A DNA stretch of 64,000 nucleotides, taken from assembly GCF_048403405.1 (NCBI RefSeq), contig NZ_CP183129.1; one strand, 5' to 3'. Each line of letters opens with the position of its first letter. The first letter of the stretch is position 1. The DNA is from Escherichia coli. Lineage in GTDB: Bacteria; Pseudomonadota; Gammaproteobacteria; Enterobacterales; Enterobacteriaceae. The notes beneath the pieces were generated by a model that saw only the letters and a program-made list of their open reading frames with translations, did not search any database and was not told the origin of the DNA. This document shows positions 57,638 through 64,000 of this stretch, piece by piece. Made by a program: the position numbers and the translations under genes.

Positions 57638-58990
57638 ATGAGTTCTTTAAGTCAGGCTGCGAGCAGTGTGGAAAAACGCACAAATGCTCGTTACTGGATA
57701 GTGGTGATGTTGTTTATCGTCACATCCTTCAACTACGGCGACCGCGCTACGCTCTCTATCGCCGGTTCGGAAATGGCCAAAGATATCGGCCTTGATCCTG
57801 TGGGAATGGGCTATGTGTTCTCTGCCTTCTCATGGGCTTATGTTATCGGGCAGATCCCTGGTGGTTGGTTGCTGGATCGTTTTGGTTCAAAACGCGTCTA
57901 CTTCTGGTCGATCTTTATCTGGTCGATGTTTACCTTGCTGCAAGGCTTCGTCGATATCTTTAGTGGATTCGGCATTATCGTTGCCCTGTTTACTCTGCGC
58001 TTCCTGGTCGGGCTTGCTGAAGCGCCATCTTTCCCCGGCAACAGTCGCATTGTTGCGGCCTGGTTTCCGGCGCAGGAAAGGGGAACGGCGGTGTCGATTT
58101 TTAACTCCGCTCAATACTTCGCAACGGTGATCTTCGCGCCGATTATGGGCTGGCTGACGCATGAAGTGGGCTGGTCACACGTCTTCTTCTTTATGGGCGG
58201 TCTGGGGATTGTCATCAGCTTTATCTGGTTGAAAGTCATCCACGAGCCAAATCAACATCCGGGGGTAAATCAGAAAGAGCTGGAGTACATCGCCGCGGGT
58301 GGCGCGCTGATCAATATGGATCAGCAAAACACCAAAGTTAAAGTGCCGTTCAGCGTGAAGTGGGGGCAGATCAAACAGCTGCTCGGGTCACGGATGATGA
58401 TCGGCGTTTATATCGGTCAGTACTGTATCAACGCCCTGACTTACTTTTTCATTACCTGGTTTCCGGTTTATCTGGTGCAGGCGCGTGGGATGTCGATTCT
58501 GAAAGCGGGCTTTGTGGCTTCCGTTCCGGCGGTTTGCGGTTTTATCGGCGGTGTGCTGGGTGGGATTATTTCCGACTGGCTGATGCGCCGCACGGGATCG
58601 CTGAACATTGCGCGTAAAACACCGATCGTAATGGGCATGTTGCTGTCGATGGTGATGGTGTTCTGCAACTACGTCAACGTTGAGTGGATGATCATCGGCT
58701 TTATGGCGCTGGCCTTCTTCGGTAAGGGCATCGGGGCGCTGGGTTGGGCAGTAATGGCAGATACCGCGCCAAAAGAGATCAGCGGTCTTTCCGGTGGCCT
58801 GTTCAACATGTTCGGTAACATTTCTGGCATCGTCACGCCAATCGCAATTGGTTATATCGTTGGCACGATTGGCTCGTTTAATGGGGCGCTGATTTATGTT
58901 GGTGTTCATGCCTTAATCGCGGTACTGAGCTACCTGGTGCTGGTGGGCGATATCAAGCGTATCGAGCTGAAACCTGTCGCGGGGCAATAA
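57638..58990 (+). CDS. gudP: glucarate/galactarate transporter (MFS)
   Basis: 450-aa polytopic ORF, first gene of the gudPXD cluster. Confidence 0.9.
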   Translation: MSSLSQAASSVEKRTNARYWIVVMLFIVTSFNYGDRATLSIAGSEMAKDIGLDPVGMGYVFSAFSWAYVIGQIPGGWLLDRFGSKRVYFWSIFIWSMFTLLQGFVDIFSGFGIIVALFTLRFLVGLAEAPSFPGNSRIVAAWFPAQERGTAVSIFNSAQYFATVIFAPIMGWLTHEVGWSHVFFFMGGLGIVISFIWLKVIHEPNQHPGVNQKELEYIAAGGALINMDQQNTKVKVPFSVKWGQIKQLLGSRMMIGVYIGQYCINALTYFFITWFPVYLVQARGMSILKAGFVASVPAVCGFIGGVLGGIISDWLMRRTGSLNIARKTPIVMGMLLSMVMVFCNYVNVEWMIIGFMALAFFGKGIGALGWAVMADTAPKEISGLSGGLFNMFGNISGIVTPIAIGYIVGTIGSFNGALIYVGVHALIAVLSYLVLVGDIKRIELKPVAGQ

Positions 58991-58991
58991 G

Positions 58992-60332
58992 ATGACGACA
59001 CAATCCAGTCCTGTTATTACTGATATGAAAGTCATTCCGGTCGCCGGGCACGATAGCATGTTGCTTAATATTGGTGGGGCGCATAACGCATATTTCACTC
59101 GCAATATTGTGGTACTCACCGATAACGCCGGGCATACCGGCATTGGTGAAGCGCCAGGCGGAGAGGTGATTTATCAGACACTGGTCGATGCTATTCCGAT
59201 GGTGTTGGGCCAGGAAGTTGCGCGCCTGAATAAAGTGGTTCAGCAGGTGCATAAAGGTAATCAGGCAGCCGATTTTGATACCTTCGGCAAAGGTGCCTGG
59301 ACTTTTGAATTGCGCGTTAATGCCGTGGCGGCGCTGGAAGCCGCCTTGCTTGACCTGCTAGGTAAGGCGCTGAATGTTCCGGTCTGCGAACTGTTGGGGC
59401 CAGGCAAGCAACGCGAGGCTATTACCGTCCTCGGTTATCTGTTTTATTTCGGTGATCGGACCAAAACCGATCTTCCTTATCTGGAAAATACGCCGGGCAA
59501 CCATGAGTGGTATCAGTTGCGCCATCAGAAAGCGATGAACAGCGAAGCCGTTGTGCGTCTGGCGGAAGCCTCACAGGATCGCTACGGCTTTAAAGATTTC
59601 AAACTTAAGGGCGGCGTGTTACCTGGCGAGCAAGAAATCGACACTGTTCGTGCATTGAAGAAACGCTTCCCGGATGCGCGGATTACCGTTGATCCCAACG
59701 GTGCATGGCTGCTTGATGAAGCCATTTCTCTGTGCAAAGGGCTGAATGATGTTCTTACCTATGCCGAAGATCCATGCGGAGCAGAACAGGGGGTCTCCGG
59801 ACGTGAAGTGATGGCGGAGTTTCGGCGGGCGACCGGCTTGCCCGTCGCGACTAATATGATCGCCACCAACTGGCGCGAAATGGGCCATGCGGTGATGCTC
59901 AATGCGGTAGATATTCCACTTGCCGATCCGCACTTCTGGACGCTTTCCGGTGCAGTCCGCGTGGCGCAGCTTTGCGACGACTGGGGGCTGACCTGGGGCT
60001 GCCATTCCAACAACCATTTCGATATCTCTCTGGCGATGTTTACCCATGTGGGCGCGGCGGCACCGGGTAATCCTACCGCTATCGATACCCACTGGATTTG
60101 GCAGGAGGGCGATTGTCGCCTGACCCAAAATCCGCTGGAGATTAAAAACGGAAAAATTGCCGTTCCTGATGCGCCCGGTCTGGGCGTGGAACTGGACTGG
60201 GAACAGGTACAAAAGGCACATGAGGCCTATAAACGTCTGCCTGGCGGTGCGCGTAACGACGCGGGCCCGATGCAGTACCTGATCCCCGGCTGGACCTTTG
60301 ACCGTAAACGTCCCGTTTTCGGCCGTCATTGA
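58992..60332 (+). CDS. gudX: glucarate dehydratase-related protein (enolase superfamily), function uncertain
   Basis: 446-aa ORF, clear paralog of the downstream gudD. Confidence 0.9.
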   Translation: MTTQSSPVITDMKVIPVAGHDSMLLNIGGAHNAYFTRNIVVLTDNAGHTGIGEAPGGEVIYQTLVDAIPMVLGQEVARLNKVVQQVHKGNQAADFDTFGKGAWTFELRVNAVAALEAALLDLLGKALNVPVCELLGPGKQREAITVLGYLFYFGDRTKTDLPYLENTPGNHEWYQLRHQKAMNSEAVVRLAEASQDRYGFKDFKLKGGVLPGEQEIDTVRALKKRFPDARITVDPNGAWLLDEAISLCKGLNDVLTYAEDPCGAEQGVSGREVMAEFRRATGLPVATNMIATNWREMGHAVMLNAVDIPLADPHFWTLSGAVRVAQLCDDWGLTWGCHSNNHFDISLAMFTHVGAAAPGNPTAIDTHWIWQEGDCRLTQNPLEIKNGKIAVPDAPGLGVELDWEQVQKAHEAYKRLPGGARNDAGPMQYLIPGWTFDRKRPVFGRH

Positions 60333-60352
60333 TTTTGAAAAAGGACATAAAT

Positions 60353-61693
60353 ATGAGTTCTCAATTTACGACGCCTGTTGTTACTGAAATGCAGGTCATC
60401 CCGGTGGCGGGCCATGACAGTATGCTGATGAATCTGAGTGGTGCACACGCACCGTTCTTCACGCGTAATATTGTGATTATCAAAGATAATTCTGGTCACA
60501 CCGGGGTAGGGGAAATTCCCGGCGGCGAGAAAATCCGTAAAACGCTGGAAGATGCGATTCCGCTGGTGGTGGGTAAAACGCTGGGTGAATACAAAAACGT
60601 TCTGACGCTGGTGCGTAATACATTTGCCGATCGTGATGCCGGCGGGCGCGGTTTGCAGACATTTGACCTGCGGACCACTATTCATGTGGTTACCGGGATA
60701 GAAGCGGCAATGCTGGATCTGCTGGGGCAGCATCTGGGGGTTAACGTGGCATCGCTGCTGGGCGATGGTCAACAGCGTAGCGAAGTCGAAATGCTCGGTT
60801 ATCTGTTCTTCGTCGGTAATCGCAAAGCCACACCGCTGCCGTATCAAAGCCAGCCGGATGATAAATGTGACTGGTATCGCCTGCGTCACGAAGAAGCGAT
60901 GACGCCGGATGCGGTGGTGCGCCTGGCGGAAGCGGCATATGAAAAATATGGCTTCAACGATTTCAAACTGAAGGGCGGTGTACTGGCCGGGGAAGAAGAA
61001 GCAGAATCTATTGTGGCACTGGCGCAACGCTTCCCACAGGCGCGTATTACCCTCGATCCTAACGGTGCCTGGTCGCTGAACGAAGCGATTAAAATTGGTA
61101 AATACCTGAAAGGTTCGCTGGCTTATGCAGAAGATCCGTGTGGTGCGGAGCAAGGTTTCTCCGGGCGTGAAGTGATGGCAGAGTTCCGTCGCGCGACTGG
61201 CCTGCCGACCGCAACCAATATGATCGCCACCGACTGGCGGCAGATGGGCCATACGCTCTCGTTACAATCCGTTGATATCCCGCTGGCGGATCCGCATTTC
61301 TGGACGATGCAAGGTTCGGTACGTGTGGCGCAAATGTGTCATGAATTTGGCCTGACCTGGGGTTCACACTCTAACAACCACTTCGATATTTCCCTGGCGA
61401 TGTTTACCCATGTAGCCGCTGCTGCACCGGGTAAAATTACTGCTATTGATACGCACTGGATCTGGCAGGAAGGCAATCAGCGTCTGACCAAAGAACCGTT
61501 TGAGATCAAAGGCGGGCTGGTACAGGTGCCGCAAAAACCAGGATTGGGCGTAGAAATCGATATGGATCAGGTGATGAAAGCCCACGAGCTGTATCAGAAA
61601 CATGGGCTTGGTGCGCGAGACGATGCGATGGGAATGCAGTATCTGATTCCTGGCTGGACGTTTGATAACAAGCGCCCGTGCATGGTGCGTTAA
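60353..61693 (+). CDS. gudD: D-glucarate dehydratase (enolase superfamily)
   Basis: Start [23 protein letters not shown] gives 446 aa (ORF-track 60329). Confidence 0.9.
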   Translation: MSSQFTTPVVTEMQVIPVAGHDSMLMNLSGAHAPFFTRNIVIIKDNSGHTGVGEIPGGEKIRKTLEDAIPLVVGKTLGEYKNVLTLVRNTFADRDAGGRGLQTFDLRTTIHVVTGIEAAMLDLLGQHLGVNVASLLGDGQQRSEVEMLGYLFFVGNRKATPLPYQSQPDDKCDWYRLRHEEAMTPDAVVRLAEAAYEKYGFNDFKLKGGVLAGEEEAESIVALAQRFPQARITLDPNGAWSLNEAIKIGKYLKGSLAYAEDPCGAEQGFSGREVMAEFRRATGLPTATNMIATDWRQMGHTLSLQSVDIPLADPHFWTMQGSVRVAQMCHEFGLTWGSHSNNHFDISLAMFTHVAAAAPGKITAIDTHWIWQEGNQRLTKEPFEIKGGLVQVPQKPGLGVEIDMDQVMKAHELYQKHGLGARDDAMGMQYLIPGWTFDNKRPCMVR

Positions 61694-61767
61694 GACAGAA
61701 AACCAAAACCGGCTTCATAAGAAGTCGGTTTGAGATTACTGACGAAGTGGTTTACGGGGCCGGTTTT

Positions 61768-61799
61768 CCCCCTCACCCTCTCCCCGGAGGGGCGAGGGG
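61768..61799. repeat. GC-rich imperfect inverted repeat (ccccctcaccctctcccc / ggaggggcgagggg) between convergent gudD and barA
   Basis: Read directly; could act as a bidirectional terminator or be a copy of a dispersed GC-rich intergenic repeat. Confidence 0.4.
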
Positions 61800-61863
61800 A
61801 CTGTCTGTGCTGCTCCCAGCATTGGCATTGGACGGAACCTATTTTGACTCGACAAGACGTCCA

Positions 61864-64000
61864 TTACCCGAGAATTTTGCTGGCTTCGCGCGCGACATTA
61901 TCCATCTCGTCCAACAGTTCCAGCAGCTCCGGCTCCAAATCTTCTTCTTTAGTACCGCTACGTAGCTGTTGTTCGATCAGCTGGCAGAGATTCTTCATAC
62001 GCGGCACACCGCTATAGCCGCAACTGCCATGCAGTTTATGAATCAAATCAACCAGGCCTTCCGGGTTTTCTCCAACCAGCTGTTCCTCAACTTTGTTGCG
62101 AACTTCAGGCAGGAAATCGAGTAACATTTGCAGCATATCGCGCGCTAAATCGGTTTTTCCTGCTGCCTGGCGTAGTGCCAGTTGCCAGTCGAGGGTCGCA
62201 TTCGGGTTCACCACAATTTCGTTGACTTCGGGCGTCACGACGCGAGACGAAATACCGCTGCCAGGCTTGTAGCGCAACAACAAATTATGCAATCGCTCTT
62301 CTTCAATCGGTTTCGCCAGATAATCGCTCATCCCTGCGCCAAGCAGCTTCTCTTTTTGCCCGGCCATTGCATGCGCCGTTACCGCGATAACTGGCGTTTG
62401 TTGCTGATGGGGGAGCTGGTGGATGAGTTCGCAGGCCCGAATGCCGTCCATGTCCGGCATTTGAATATCCATTAAGATCAAATCGAACGGCATCTGTTTC
62501 GCCCGTTCAACCGCCTGATGCCCGCTATCGCAAAGTTCCACATGTTGCACCATATCTTCCAGCAATGCGCCGATAAGTTTCAGGTTAGCGGGGTTGTCAT
62601 CAACCGCCATGACTGTCATTGCCAGCTTACTTTCATCGGTTACAGGCAAAAGCGTGTTTTGTTTGTGATGACAAAATTCCGTCAGGGCAGGTAACAGGCG
62701 CGTAGGTGTTAATGGTTTCAGCAGACACGCGCCGATACCATCTTGCTTAAGTTTTTCAGCATTGACTTGTGCATGGCAAGGAAGTGCCAGCATCAGAAAA
62801 TCGGTCATCGATACCGCTTTCGCTAATCGCTCATGTTGCATTGTTAGCGGCTCGCGGAAGGTCACCGCGATGCCTAACAACATCATGTCGTAATGCGCGG
62901 GAGGCAGCGCGGAGAACGTTGGGCTATAAACCACTTCCAGCGGCGTTTCACTTAAAATATCCAGCGTGCATTGCGCTGCTGCGGAGTTTGGTTCGACATA
63001 GGCCAGGCGCTTGCCGGCTAGGCACTGGGTGGATGGCCCTTCGATAATAATGTTCGGGTTCAGATCGAGATTAATGTGGAACCAGAAAGTTGAACCGCGA
63101 TTCGGCTGGCTATGGAACGAAATATCGCCGCCCATTTCATTAACCAGTTTTTGTGTAATCACCAGCCCCAGCCCGGTGCCACCATGACGGCGGGAAATAC
63201 TGGCATCAGCCTGTCGGAAGGCCTGGAATAAGCGCGATTGATCGCGTTCAGGAATACCAATGCCGGTATCCCGAATCTGCACTTCAATCTGCACTTTAGT
63301 ATTACTCAGAGCACGTTTTTCTACCAGAATATCAATGTTGCCATTCTCGGTGAATTTAATTGCATTCCCCACCAGGTTAGTGATGATTTGCTGTAATCGC
63401 AGTGGGTCGCCGATCACGTTATCGGGCACGTCGCTCTTAATATTGAGCGTCAGTTCCAACCCTTTATCGTGAGAAGAATGTGCCAGCAGGGTAACGACTT
63501 CATCCAGCGTGCTGCGTAGTGGGAATGGAATACTTTCCAGAATCAGCTTACCTGCTTCCAGTTTCGAGAAGTCGAGAACATCATTAATAATTGCCAGCAA
63601 ATTATTTGCCGAACGTTCAATCGTATTCAGGTGATCGCGCTGCGTTGGTGTTAATTCTGTTTTCAGCGTCAGGCGGGTAAAGCCAATAACACCATTCAGT
63701 GGTGTACGCAGCTCGTGTGACATATTTGCAAGAAACTCGGATTTAATACGCGCCGCTTCCTGGGCGCGCTTTTTCGCCAGATCCAACTCAACGTTCTGAA
63801 TTTCCATCTGCTCCAGCGTTTCACGCAGATCGGACGTCGCCTGGTCGATATTGTGCTGCATCTCTTCGTGATAAGCAGCCAGCGACATTGCCATCGAGTT
63901 GATACCGTTTTTCAGCATATCCAGCTCGCCGAGCATAAATCCTTCCACACGGCTGTCGAGTTGCCCGCGACGGATGCGGTCGACGGTATTCACCATATTG
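61864..64000 (-). CDS. barA: hybrid sensor histidine kinase BarA, C-terminal part (HisKA/HATPase, receiver, HPt); N-terminus lies beyond the window
   Basis: ORF open to the window edge; H-box [10 protein letters not shown], receiver domain and C-terminal HPt. Confidence 0.9.

Noticed and set aside
59619-61252. Long antisense ORFs (236 aa and 308 aa) opposite gudX and gudD
   Set aside because: Shadow ORFs on the non-coding strand of strongly supported enolase-superfamily genes; no motifs, no RBS context.

Overview
This 64-kb window reads as Escherichia coli chromosome, in reverse-complement orientation relative to the K-12 map. Gene order: aas(3' part)-lplT-tas-ygdR-ygdQ-mutH-[DARS2]-rppH-ptsP-lgt-thyA-ppdA-ppdB-ygdB-ppdC-recC-ptrA-recB-recD-argA-amiC-[AT-rich 5.5 kb islet]-metV/metW/metZ (tRNA-fMet x3)-mltA-tcdA-csdE-csdA-ygdI-gcvB-gcvA-ygdD-rlmM-fucR-fucU-fucK-fucI-fucP/fucA-fucO-xni-sdaB-sdaC-ppnN-queF-syd-csrB-yqcC-truC-yqcA-gudP-gudX-gudD-barA(3' part). 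Gene names are assigned from recognisable protein motifs in the supplied ORF track plus remembered K-12 synteny; no database search was run. Almost everything is conserved core genome. The one accessory segment is a roughly 5.5 kb AT-rich insert between amiC and the 3' end of the tRNA-fMet cluster (about 26.6-32.1 kb). It encodes a BglG/LicT-type antiterminator preceded by a RAT-terminator leader, a glucose-family PTS EIICB, a MalY-like PLP enzyme, a SIS-only sugar-phosphate isomerase-like protein and a D-2-hydroxyacid dehydrogenase. No phospho-glycosidase, integrase or flanking repeat is visible, and the substrate is not deducible from sequence. From memory this resembles the metV islet reported in extraintestinal pathogenic E. 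coli, but that is unverified here. The second notable point is that recB is split across two reading frames at a G6 homopolymer (about 19259-19264), so it is either a genuine recB frameshift or a homopolymer sequencing error. Non-coding elements recognisable by eye include csrB with an upstream UvrY-type palindrome, gcvB, DnaA-box clusters consistent with DARS2, several REP-like palindromes and several intrinsic terminators. No CRISPR array, IS element or prophage gene was seen.
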